This document shows positions 47,750-60,299 of a stretch of 64,000 nucleotides of DNA, in pieces. The stretch lies in assembly GCF_006345805.1 (NCBI RefSeq), contig NC_043016.1, forward strand, positions 21,514,001 to 21,578,000, written 5' to 3'. The number at the start of each line of letters is the position of its first letter. Positions within the stretch are counted from its first letter, which is position 1. A program made the position numbers and the translations under genes. Source of the stretch: Octopus sinensis (taxonomy: Eukaryota). The notes beneath the pieces were generated by a model. That model searched no databases and was not told the origin of the DNA. It was given only the letters and a program-made list of their open reading frames with translations.

Positions 47750-48420
47750 AATCTAGCATTTAACATTGCTGTAAAAAAGAAAAACAGAGAATTCTTAAAA
47801 CTAGTTCTAAGCACTTTTAGGCTAGCCGTAAGTTCTATAGAATTTTTAATAGGAGAACACTGAAGGTTAGCTATTCTTGTTGCAAGAACTTCACCTCTTT
47901 AATTAACTAGCATAACACAAAAACCATTAGAAATAACCACAGTGCTGAAATTAGCCTTGCAATTGTAAAGATCAAATTTGCTGTCCATTGGGAGGAAATT
48001 GTCTAGAGAAAGGAATAGTCTATAAAGGTAAGGTACAAATAGATGGCTCACAAGAATACAAAAACATATACAGGAGCTTCAGAAAATTCCTCCAAGACTA
48101 GATTATATTCCTGCCGAAATTCATTTTGATACCCTGAAAATAGGACAGCAACAAGTCTTGCTGTCCTATACAAGTCTTGCCAACATGTCTGGCAACTGAA
48201 AGAAAATGATGCTTGTCCTTTCAAAATCAGTTGGACAATCTTGCAAAAAGCAGTACCACATAAGCATGAGCATAGAGATGCCCAATGAGGTGTAATTTGT
48301 ACCTAACTGGAAAGCTCTTCATCCTGCTCCAGGATAAATATGCACTGAACCAACAATGGGAGTTTTTAAATTCCTGTAGACATGCTATGAGGTATAGAAC
48401 ATTGAGAGAAGAAATATTAT
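47750..48420 (+). mobile_element. Degenerate Penelope-like element endonuclease region (Neptune-like)
   Basis: CCPLGGNCLEKGIVYKGKV, KTYTGASENSSKTRL, HVWQLKEN, ISWTILQKAVP and CNLYLTGKLFIL...ALNQQWEFLNSCRH; stops and frameshifts. Confidence 0.8.
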
Positions 48421-49179
48421 ATGGATAATTTTTGACTTTCGCATTTGAATTTGGCTTTTACACTTAAATACAGGCATCATTTAGTATTACAATTTTTGTA
48501 TATTTTTCACCTTTACATTTTACATTTTTTAACCTTCAAGAAGACCTTCAACTGTTTACAAATTTAAATTTAAATTTCATTGAAATAAAATTTTAACTCA
48601 TTTTCAAATTTAAATTTTAAATTTATATTTTTTCAAATTTATATTACTTTTAATTATATTACATTAATTTATTGCATGATTTTCTTATTTTAACATTCAA
48701 TACACCAGACAGTTTTTAATATATTCATATGTGTATATATGCTATAGTGCATATATGTATCTTGATGTGTATATATGTAAGTAGATATACATATATTCAT
48801 ATATATTTATTGTATATTTGTATGCGTGTATACACATGTGTTACTATTGTATGTATGTATTTTTGTATGTATGCATGTCTGTTTTATGTGTATGTTCACA
48901 AGCTTACAGAAGTATTTTAATGTATCTAACAATAGTTAGATACTTTGGGGAACGTTATTTATTCAAATCATTTTCTCTCTCTCTTTCTATTTTTCTCTTT
49001 CTCTTTTCTTTCTCTCACCACTTCTTATTTCTGTTTCTTTTTGTTTTTCTAACTTACGACAACTAAGGTGTGCATTTAGAATATATGCACAGAGATGTAT
49101 GATGTATGTATATATGTATGCAGATACCAATATATACATTAGTATGTATATTCACATCTATATTTTGCCTGTATATATT

Positions 49180-49247
<68 letters not shown>

Positions 49248-49856
49248 AATATATATATGTATATGTATGTATGTATCAGTGTTTGTATGTTTAGTGTATA
49301 CATATGTATGTATATGTTTTTTGTGTGTGTGTGTATAAGTAAATGTTTGTTTGTGTTTGTATGAGTGTTTATTTTTATGCTGTTAGATCTCTGTAAGTCA
49401 TATTTTATTATAAACGGATTTATATCTATTTAATTAAATTTATTTTACCATTAATTAATTTACTCTGGGTATACATGTTTTTCCCTCTAACTAAAATTAA
49501 TTTTTGATTCAAGGTTTCCTTTGATTTTACATAATGATTTTTAAATCGTAATTTTAGTTTTATGCATACCGCTGGTTCTTAAAAGGACTGTTAGTTGAAA
49601 GGACCAATGAAACGAAACCAATTTCAAATATCTATTTGTCAATGTAAATTGTATATTTATACAAACAACCTTAGTTTTTTTGTTCTATTCTCAACCAAAA
49701 CTCTCCAACAGATGGGAACGGGAAACTCTGAGTAACAGTTTTTTGTGATGCTTTTGCAGCTTTAATAATAAAAAGCATATTACTCTGCCTCTGGTATTCG
49801 AATACTATTTTTTTACCACATTGTTTCACATTTATGTGCTTACTCTGGTGTGTGTG

Positions 49857-49888
<32 letters not shown>

Positions 49889-49989
49889 TGTATGTATGTA
49901 TGTATGTATGTATGTATGTATGTACGTACGTATGTACGTATGTACGTATGCATGCATGCATGTGTATATATATTGTGTATATATATATA

Positions 49990-51170
49990 TATAGTTTTTG
50001 TATGTGGCAGATGCTCGGGAGCATTAACCTCCGAAAATCTGCAGAAAACAACTTCCGTCACTTTCCAGGGGGAAAAACTAGAAGTAGTTGATAGCTTCCG
50101 TTATCTAGGTGACCAAGTCAGTAGTGGGGGTGGGTGCACTGAAAGTGTAACTGCTAGAATAAGAATAGCCTGGGCAAAGTTTAGGGAGCTCTTACCTCTG
50201 CTGGTGACTAAAGGCCTCTCACTCAGAGTAAAAGGCAGACTGTATGATGCATGTGTACGAACAGCCATGCTACATGGCAGTGAAACATGGGCCGTGACTG
50301 CTGAGGACATGTGTAAGCTCGTGAGGAATGAAGCCAGTATGCTCCGATGGATGTGTAATGTCAGTGTACATACTCGACAGAGCGTTAGTACCTTGAGAGA
50401 AATGTTGTACCTAAGAAGCATCAGTTGTGGTGTGCAAGAGAGACGATTGCGCTGGTATGGTCATGTGGCGAGAATGGATGAAGATAGGTGTGTGAGAAAG
50501 TGCCAATCCCTAGCAGTTGAGGGAACCCGTGGAAGAGGTAGACCCAGGAAAACCTGGGACGAGGTGGTGAAGCACGACCTTCGAACTTTAGGCCTCACTG
50601 AGGAAATGACCAGCGACCGAGACCTTTGGAAATATGCTGTACGTGAGAAGACCAGGCAGGACAAGTGAGCCCAGCCCACTTATGAATGCCTTTCCTCCCT
50701 TGGACACAAAGACCTGTTGAGACAAGCGAAGTCGAGATAGAACCTCATCCGACAACAGGCACCCATGCCAACCCCCTTTGCTTGCGAAGACATGTTGGGG
50801 CAAGCGAAAGCGAAATCGAATTGAACCAGCCAGGATCCCTGGTCTGGTGGTACGTAAAAAGCACTATCCGACTCGTGGCCGATGCCAGCGCCGCCTCGAC
50901 TGGCTTCCGTGCCGGTGGCACATAAAATACACCAATCCGACCGTGGCCGTTGCCAGCCTCGCCTGTCACCTGTGCAGGTGGCACGTAAAAAACACCCACT
51001 ACACTCACGGAGTGGTTGGCGTTAGGAAGGGCATCCAGCTGTAGAAACATTGCCAGAAAAGACTGGAGCCTGGTGCAGCCTTCTGGCTTCCCAGATCCCT
51101 GGTCGAACCGTCCAACCCATGCTAGCATGGAGAATGGACGTTAAACGATGATGATGATGATGATGATGAT
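49990..51170 (+). mobile_element. Young 5'-truncated RTE LINE (RT C-terminus, 3' UTR, (GAT)n tail)
   Basis: Open frame FVCGRCSG...FRYLGDQVSSGGG...MLHGSETWAV...RRLRWYGHVARM...GRPRKTWDEVV to the stop at 50668; three stem-loop modules in the UTR; truncation point in a (TA)n tract. Confidence 0.95.
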
Positions 51171-51912
51171 TATAATTCTGAAATGCAAAAAGTTTGTTTG
51201 TTTGTCTGGTTTTGGTATTGCGAACGGGTTAAAGGCCACTAGATCCCGTCGGATTGACTCCAAAATTTATAGGGACATGTAAAATGAGGTGAGGATGCGA
51301 GTGGCCTAGGTTAGAAATCCTCATCTTAAAAGGTGTCGTTGCTAGGGCCAAAAACTCACTTTCACAAGTCTACTCTCATTCTTTTATGTATCTGTCTTCC
51401 TCCATCTCTCACTCTCTTTCCTCCCTTCCTTTCACTTTCTATCTATAACGTCGTTTCACAGCGTCCTATATCTCCCCCCCTCCCCGCCTTCGACAGCGCT
51501 TTTACACACTCTCTCTCTCTACGTCTGTCTGCACTCATAGAGAGAATAATCATCGCCACAACCACCACACAATCATGAGAACAAATATTATGAATCAGAT
51601 ATTTATTGGGTTAATTTATATATGTGTGTGTTCTATATATAAATATGTATATATAATGTATATATAATGTATATATACAAAGTGTATATATCTGTATTTA
51701 TGTATATTAAACTTTTTAATACTTTTTGATAGTTATATATATATTTTTAAAAAAAATTATAAATTAATAATTTTAATTTTAAATTTAAATAATTTAGATT
51801 TTAAAATTTTTTATTTTATATATTTTGTATATTATATTTTTATTTTTATGTTTTGGTTTATGTTTTTCGCTGTTTGATTTGCCTAATAGTGGTTTTATCT
51901 CTAATTTAATTT

Positions 51913-52065
51913 ATCATCATCATCATCATCATCGTTTAGAGTCCGTTTTCCATGCTAGCATGGGTTGGACGGTTCAACTGGGGTCTGTGAAGCCAGAAGG
52001 CTTCATCAGGCCCAGTCAGATCTGGCAGTGTTTCTACGGCTGGATGCCCTTCCGAACGCCAATGC
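51913..52065 (-). mobile_element. Short RTE-tail retroposon copy
   Basis: (CAT)n and GTCCGTTTTCCATGCTAGCATGGGTTGGACGG...GGCTGGATGCCCTTCC. Confidence 0.85.
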
Positions 52066-53375
52066 GTACACACACACAAATATATATATAATGCGTATAT
52101 ATATATATAATGTGTGATTTATGTGATCGGTTGTGCTGAAAATATGCACACCTATGTTAAAAGTGCTGGCGAGTTTGCATGGCAACTAGAAAGGTGTGAC
52201 CTCTAGGACAAAATTCCTCATCTTATAAAATGTGGCCCGAGTAGACCCGAATTAAATCAGGTTATATTAACCAAAATGTGAAAAGAGGTCTAAATGGGGC
52301 TTGAAGGGGATTAAAATTTACAGGAGTGGGTGTTTAGGAATTCTCTGAAGCTAAAAAATTTGTGCCAGCCTTTAAATCGTCAATGTGTTGCCGTCCATGA
52401 TGAAGAAGTTTTGAATGCTTGCCATGGTGAGTCTACTGTTGTGAGAAAGAATCACTTCAAAGTGTTGGTGTTTAAGAATTTTCTTTTACATCAAGTTCAA
52501 AATTTTACGCCAGCCGTTAAACTGCCACTACGTTGCTGTCCGTCGTTAAGAAATGCCAGCCATGGTGACTCTACTATCCTCAGATTCTATTCCTTCAAAC
52601 TTTGGTTTCCAATATTTTAAAAATTTTTATTCAGCTCGCAAGTTCATCTGTCCCTTTTAAATGTTAGTGTTTTGCTGTCTGCCTTGAAGCAGACCTTTCC
52701 GTTGTCACTGCCTGATATTTATGATTGATCTTTCAAAATATTTCCTTTCTCAACTTACTCAAGATCTTTTGTTGTTTATAAATGGGAGAGAGATAGATAG
52801 AGAAAGATAGAGAGTAAGAGAAAGCGAAGGAGAGTCCAAGAGAAAGGAAGAGTAAGAGATTGGGAAAGTGAGAGAGAAACAAAGAGGGAGAATGTGGTGA
52901 TAAAAAAACAGAACGGAAGCAACAGAAAGTAACAACCACACTCTTACCTGCGCGTAGAACGGGTCACCTTAAGCTAGTATATATATATGACTAGAGACTG
53001 AGACCTATGGAAGTATGCTGTGCGTGAGAAGACCCAGCAAGACTAGTGAAAACATAACCTGTGGCCTACATACCTTTCCTTCTTGGGACACAAAACTCCA
53101 CTTGTGAAGACCCTAAGACATCCTAAGGCCTCTTTGGAGATTACAAATTAGGTTAATACTATTGTGACTATATTGTTAATAATGAATTTATGTATTGTTT
53201 CTCTAGTATTAGCGGAGCATATGTATGTTTATTAATCTTTATTATTTATATCATTATGTACATTTATATTTATATGTCTATGAGTATAAGTATATGCACT
53301 CATATGTATATGTATATGTTTTATTATGGGTATATACCCACACTTTTATAAGTATATATGTAACCTAATTTGTAA

Positions 53376-53500
53376 TCTCCGAAGAGGCCTTAGGATGTTT
53401 TTGTAAATGTCTCATTTATAACTACATATTGATCTACCATAAATGGCTAATATGAGTTGAATGAGACATGCTTATCTACATGGCCGAAACAGCTGTAAGA
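53376..53500 (+). ncRNA. Type I hammerhead with U4C core and ~95-nt helix II extension
   Basis: ATCT-CCGAAGA-GGCC-[long insert with ATGTCTCAT/ATGAGACAT hairpin]-GGCC-GAAAC-AGCT-GTA|AGAT; predicted cut after 53497. Confidence 0.75.
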
Positions 53501-53724
53501 TATAGTCTATATTTATATTTATGTGTACTTATATTTATGTTCTATTATTCGTATTCTACTTATTGTATAACATTACTATTTTATGTACACTCCTTCATGT
53601 ACACTGTTTTACCCTGCATTATTATGTTTAAGCTTATAGTTTCTTATGTAGTGGTTTAATGAAGTATGTGATTGAGTATTATCTGGTAATTGATATTTGA
53701 TTTCGATGTATTTCTCCATTTTCT

Positions 53725-53782
<58 letters not shown>

Positions 53783-53908
53783 GTATATATAATATATATG
53801 TATGTATATATATATATATATATATATAGTATATATATATATATGTATATATTATATGTATATATATATATATATGTATGTATATATATATATGTATATA
53901 TATATATG

Positions 53909-53942
<34 letters not shown>

Positions 53943-54493
53943 TGTATGTATGTATGTATGTATGTATGTATGTATGTATGTATGTATGTAGTAGTATGTA
54001 TATATATATATTGTGCAGGTGGCACGTAAAAAGCACCCACTACACTCACGGAGTGGTTGGCGTTAGGAAGGGCATCCAGCTGTAGAAACATTGCCAAATT
54101 AGACTGGAGCCTGGTGCAGCCTTCTAGCTTCCCAGAACCCCGGTCGAACCGTCCAACCCATGCTAGCATGGAGAACGGACGTTAAACGACGACGATGATG
54201 ATGATGATGATATATGTATGTATATATATATATGTATATATATATGTATGTATATATATATATGTATATATATATGTATGTATATATATATATGTATATA
54301 TATATGTATGTATAATATATATGTATATATATATGTATGTATATATATATATGTATATATATATTATATGTATGTATATAATATATGTATATATATGTAT
54401 GTATATATATATATGTATATATATAGTATGTATATATATATAGTATATATATATGTAATGTATGTATATATATTGTATATATATATATATTAT

Positions 54494-54565
<72 letters not shown>

Positions 54566-54582
54566 TGTATGTATGTATGTAT
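53725..54582. repeat. (TA)n/(TATG)n tracts interrupted by an RTE-tail copy (54015-54210, +)
   Basis: Direct inspection; the inserted piece matches 50970-51170. Confidence 0.9.
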
Positions 54583-54583
54583 G

Positions 54584-55370
54584 CTAGCAGTAATACTCGT
54601 CGTTGATAGGTAATTACTTTTACTGTATCTCAGGCTGAGAAGCTAGAAAGATGGGTGTATCATATAGAAGAATAGCTTTACAGAATCCAGGTGACTGTGA
54701 TGGCACTGAAAAGGCTACAGGTCAAGTAGAACATCCATATGTCTCTGTTCCTTTTGATGTTTGAATAGGTGGTATGCTAAAGGAGAACTGAAAGATTCAG
54801 TTTTGAATCTGAACCAGGATGTGACTACAACTACAGATTTGGTTACTCTTCCTGTATGTGTATATTATATAAGAGAAAAACATGCAATAATTGAAGTGGA
54901 AAATAGATGGTTCTTCAAGATGCAATCCAGCAACTTTTAGTGTTTGGCCCTGACTTTTATTAATGCTCATGGCAAAAGAAAGTGGGATAGGAAACTGTAA
55001 TGGCTTAAATTGCAAGGCGACATTAGATGGTATAACTGGTATGTGAGGAATGAAGATGGTGTCGCCTTTACCACAACCAGTGAGAATATTTGCCTCAATG
55101 CAGTTCCTCATAGGTTTATGACAAGTAGTGTTGTACCATTGCATAATTTTTGTTGAGACAAATTGGGCAATAGCATGATAGGAGATATAGAAAAAGCACA
55201 AAAGCTTCCCTTGAACCATTTACTTTCATTTTGATGGACAAACAAACTGTCAAAGACCCGAATGGACAGAATTTCTCTTTTATATATATAGATAAAATAT
55301 AAGATAAGAAGAAAAAGCATAATAGTTTCCCTTGAACCATTTACTTGCATTTTGGAGATAAACAAGTGAA
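54584..55370 (-). mobile_element. Helitron remnant (PIF1 helicase C-terminus and CTAG 3' end)
   Basis: KLCNGTTL, ILTGCGKGDTIFIPHIPVIP and LQFPIPLSFAMSINKSQGQTLKVAGLHLEEP; minus strand ends ...CTGCTAG at 54584. Confidence 0.85.
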
Positions 55371-55400
55371 CAAATGGACGTAATCTCTCTCATACATATA

Positions 55401-55440
<40 letters not shown>

Positions 55441-55455
55441 TATATATATGTGTGC

Positions 55456-57945
55456 ATCATCATTTAGCGTCCACTTTCCATGCTAACATGGGTTGGACGG
55501 TTCAACTGGGGTCTGGGAAGCCAGAAGGCTGCACCAGGCCCAGTCTGATCTGACAATGTTTCTATGGCTGGATGCCCTTCCTAACGCCAACCACTCCGTG
55601 AGCGTAGTGGGTGCTTTTTACGTGCCACCTGCTCAGGTGCCAGACGAGGCTGGCAAACAGCCACGGTCGGATGATGCTTTTTATGTGCCACCGGCACGGG
55701 GGTCAGGCGAGGCTGGCAATGGCCATGATCGGATGGTGCCATTTACGTGCCACCGGCACTGGTATCACAGCTACAATTTCCATTGATGTTGATTGATTTC
55801 GATTTTGATTCTGATTCTCATTTGCCTCAACAGGTCTACACAAGTAGAGTTTTGTGTCCCAAGAAGGAAAGGTATGCATAAGTGGACTGGCTACATCCAA
55901 GGTAGAGGCCATGGGTTATGGTCTCACTTGTCCTGCCGGGTATTCTCACGCACAGCATACTTCCATAGGTCTCGGTCTCTAGTCATTTCCTCGGTGAGAC
56001 CTAAAGTTCGAAGGTCGTGCTTCACTACCTCGTCCCAGGTTTTTTGGGTCTACCTATTCCACAGGTTCCCTCAACCACTAGGGTGTGGCACTTTTTCACA
56101 CAACTATCTTCAGCCATTCTCGTCACATGACCATACCAGCGCAAACGTCTCTCTTGCACACCACAACTGATGCTTCTTAGATCCAACTTTTCTCTCAAGG
56201 TACTTACACTCTGTCGAGTATGAACACTAACATTACACATCCATCGGAGCATACTGGCTTCATTTCTTGCAAGCTTACGCATATCCTCAGCAGTCACAGC
56301 CCATGTTTCACTGCCATGTAGCATGGCTGTTCGTACACATGCATCATACAGTCTGCCTTTTACTCTGAACGAGAGGCCTTTTGTCCCCAGTAGGGGTAAG
56401 AGCTCTCTGAACTTTGCCCAGGCTATTCTTACTCTAGCAGTTACACTTTCACCCCCCACCCCCGCTAGTGACTTGGTTACCTAGGTAACGGAAGCTATCA
56501 ACTATTTCTAGTTTTTCTCCCTGGAATGTGGAAGTTATCTCTGCACATTTTCAGTGTTTATTGCTCCTGAGCATCTGCCACATACAAAAACTATTTTCCT
56601 AATTAGCCTTCCTTTGACATTGCTGCACCTTTTATGTGTCCATAGCTTACACTTGGTGCATCTTATAGAGTTTCTACCTACGCCTTTTCTACAGATCGAG
56701 CAGGGCCATCTACCTGAAGGCGTTTGTGATTTGTCTACCTTCCTACTTATTAGGACTTTGGTTTTAGCTAGGTTGACTCTAAGGCCCTTCGATTCTAATC
56801 CTTGCTTCCACACCTGAAACTTCTCCTCTAGTTCTGATAGTGACTCAGCAATTAGAGCAAGGTCATCAGCATAGAGAAGCTCCCAGGGGCAACCTGTCTT
56901 GAATTCCTCCATTATTGCCTGGAGGACTATGATAAATAGGAGGGGGCTGAGGACTGAACCTTGGTGGACCCCAACCTCTACCCGGAATTCTTCACTGTAC
57001 TCGCCAACCTTACTTGCAGCATTCTTGTACATGGCTCGCACAGCTCTCACTAACCATTCATCTTTCCCTAGTTTCCTCATTGACCCCACCAGATAAGGGA
57101 TCGGGGGACCCTGTCGAAGGCTTTCTCCATGTCAACAAAAGCCAGGTACAGGGGCTTATCTTTGGCTAGGTATTTCTCCTGCAGCTGCCTTACCAGGAAT
57201 ATAGCATCAGTGGTACTTTTCCCTGGCACGAACCCAAACTGCATCTCATCTAAACTAACTCTCTCTCTAATTAGTTGGGCTATGACCCTCTCCGTAACCT
57301 TCATTACCTGATCCAACAGCTTGATACCTCTGTAATTATTTGTATCTAGGGCGTCACCTTTACCTTTGTAGCAGTTGACTATTATGCTGCTACACCAGTC
57401 ATTGGGAATGACTCCTTCGTGTATCACCAGGTTAACTATACGGGTGACTAGGCTATAGCCGACACTACCAGATATTTTGAGCATTTCTACAGTAATTCCT
57501 GATGGGCCTGGGGCTTTCCCTGTCTTCATGCTTCTAATTGCCTTAACTACCAAGGAAGTGTCAACTCGGATAGCTGGTCCCTCTGTTGGGTCGACATTCG
57601 GCAGACTCTCTTTATACCATTCATTTTCTTTATTCAGCAACCTTTCATAGAGGCGCAAGTGAACCATCAACCATGCGAACACATTTCTCTCCTACTACAC
57701 CACGATTCTCTCTCACACACTGTCTTGCAACATGAAATACCTCAAGTCTTTCATCCTCACGGCGCAAAACATTGGCAAATTTTTTCTTATCTGCCTCCCC
57801 TCTGGCTAAATACACCTGCTTCCTAGCTTCCCTTCTGGCAGTCTGATACACTTCCCTGCTACCACCGTTCTTCCAGTCCTTCCAAGCCTGTTTCTTTTCT
57901 CTAATAGCCCTGTCAACAATATTGTTCCACCACCACGTTATTTTG
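55456..57945 (-). mobile_element. 5'-truncated RTE LINE, RT domain with PHD-type finger, 3' UTR and tail
   Basis: Overlapping ORFs 57645-57851, 57077-57682, 56535-57089 and 56025-56459: APGPSGI, NYRGIKLL, QFGFVPGKSTTDAIF, FVDMEKAFDRV, QGSVLSPLLF, LYADDLAL; few frameshifts. Confidence 0.95.
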
Positions 57946-58129
57946 GGTCTTGAGGGGATTTTGCACTAACCACAGATCTGATCAGTGGCTCTCAGCAGGT
58001 TGTCCATGCATATGTGTGAACATGTGTATATGTTTATATCTCTTTGTCTTGACAGTGTGTGATAGTTGCAAATGCATGTTGCAGTCATACAGGCAATTTT
58101 GCTTATTTGGAATATTCTGCAAGAAAGAA

Positions 58130-58330
58130 GACGCAGCTGGTATGCCTATGTGATGTGTATAGATGAAGGAAGCTACATAAATAAGTGCTGTTTCTAGATG
58201 GGGGTGACCCAGGAAGACATGGGATGAAATGATCAAGGTTGACCTCAGAACCCTGAGCCTCATGAAAGAAATGACAAAGAACTGAGATGTTTGGCAATAT
58301 GAGGTTTTCAAAAAGACCAGCCCTCCTCAG
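58130..58330 (+). mobile_element. Old RTE 3' ORF fragment
   Basis: PRKTWDEMIKVDLRTLSLMKEMTKN*DVW. Confidence 0.7.
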
Positions 58331-58823
58331 TGAAACTGAGTTGTGGAAGCACTGTAAATATTGTGCTCTCTATACACATTACAGTGATTCATTACCCAAC
58401 ACACTGAACCAAATTTCCTCCCATCATGTAGTACATCTGCCTCCTTTTTATCCTGGCTATGATAATGTATTATTTAACTATCTGTTTTGCTTCATTCTAT
58501 ATTGTCAGTTTGTGGCATGCATCACTTCGATATGCCTCTATCCTCTATGGATCCCCTGCAATAAAGCTTAACATTGTAACTTGTTACGCTGGTTCTGAAT
58601 TCTATAGGAAATTTATAGAGATAAACTTAAAGATATATATATATTAATTGCTTGTAAGGACACAGTATTTCATTCTGAAGCCCAAAATATAACTAAGAGC
58701 ATTGCTTACATAAATGTATTTGTATACAAAATATTATAACTTTCAGTGCTGGCTCTGACATCTGTAGAAAACCTGTAGAAATAAACTTCCAAAAAGTTTA
58801 TCTCTACAGGTTTTCTATAGAAT

Positions 58824-58854
<31 letters not shown>

Positions 58855-58855
<1 letters not shown>

Positions 58856-59096
58856 AGAGTTGGCCAAATGTCACTTGACAGTAAATCAAAATTCAATAAA
58901 TACTTAATATTCAAGTTTATTTATTCGTTTCAGTTATGAATGTTTAATAATTGAATGCTGGGAGTTAAAATCACTATCTTTTTTTCAACATTTGTCTAAT
59001 TTATTAATGAAGTAACGAAGTCACATAAAATAATTTTTTTAAATCTTGGAATGAAATGGTTTTGATTTACTGTCAAGTGACTTTTGACCAACCCTA
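58855..59096. mobile_element. Tc1/mariner-type MITE
   Basis: TA-bounded ~37-bp TIRs AGAGTTGGCCAAATGTCACTTGACAGTAAATCAAAA / TTTTGATTTACTGTCAAGTGACTTTTGACCAACCCT. Confidence 0.85.
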
Positions 59097-59362
59097 ACAA
59101 AAAGATAAGTTCTGATCATAGAGTTACCAATGGTTTTGGAACGATGAAAGCTAGTCATCTGGACAGCTCATCCGACTCTATACAAAGACAAGGATATCCA
59201 GAGGTCATGCAGTACAATCGTTTCATGCATGAAACGATCATACTGCATTACCTCTGGATATCCTTGTTGCTTATTTTGATTTTAAACACCTTACTTTGAA
59301 ATTGTATGGATAATACTGTACTAAATTCTGGTGCCTCAACTTAAGTACCATATTCATCTGAA

Positions 59363-59443
<81 letters not shown>

Positions 59444-59917
59444 GTATATGTATATATATATATATGTATGTATGTATATATATATATTGTATTTTACTTT
59501 TGAACTATACACATTTAGTTATTTGTATTACTCCTGTTTCATCATCATCATCATCATCATCATCTTCATAGTTACTGGTACTAACAATTGTAACATACTG
59601 GAAAGTATGATAAATTGAGTCTGGTTTACTTCAACTTAATGTCACTTAGGATGAAAAATATTTTAGTTGGCTCTACAAAATAGGCTTTAAGTATTAGAAT
59701 ATATATATAGTTTTGTAATGAATATATAATAAATTTAGAATATATATGTTGTTTGATAAAAGATTTATAATAAGTATTTCTATTAATAAAAGTTCTTTAT
59801 GCAGCATACAAGAATATCTAATGATTTCTCTGTAGGGGTATAAAGTCATGAGTTTTCTTAGTTTTTGAATTGTAATATTTAATATAAAAATACTTTATAA
59901 TCACTATTTCATTTCAG

Positions 59918-59948
59918 AATTACAACAAAATGGTATATGCCCAATACA
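59918..59948 (+). CDS. Sorting nexin 31-nt exon (BAR helix 1)
   Basis: ctatttcatttcag|AAT...TACA|gtaagt; phase 0-1; NYNKMVYAQY continues the frame of the 39920-39994 exon. Confidence 0.7.
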
Positions 59949-60299
59949 GTAAGTTATTTGTTATTTTACATAGTTTTTTTTTTCCATTGGAATATACCTA
60001 AATTTTAGGCATGTATCTATTTTATATTATTACTTTTAAAACGAAAGTTATACGTAGTCTTTTCAAATTTTGAAAATAGGTCAATATAACCTATTAATTT
60101 TGGAGAAAGTGAAAATAAATACAATTTCAGTCAAAACATCTTTATATAGCAATTATTTGCTTCTAAATCAATATTAATAGATATATCAAATAGTTAGATT
60201 ATGAAATTAATATAAATATTAATTTAAGTACATTTAATTAATAAATATTTCTGAATAAATATTACAACTTCAATTTTTTGTAAATTTTAGATGATGACA

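Noticed and set aside
51230-52975. Possible TTAA-flanked DNA transposon (Kolobok/piggyBac-like)
   Set aside because: The two TTAA-adjacent ends are not convincing inverted repeats and no transposase motif was found.
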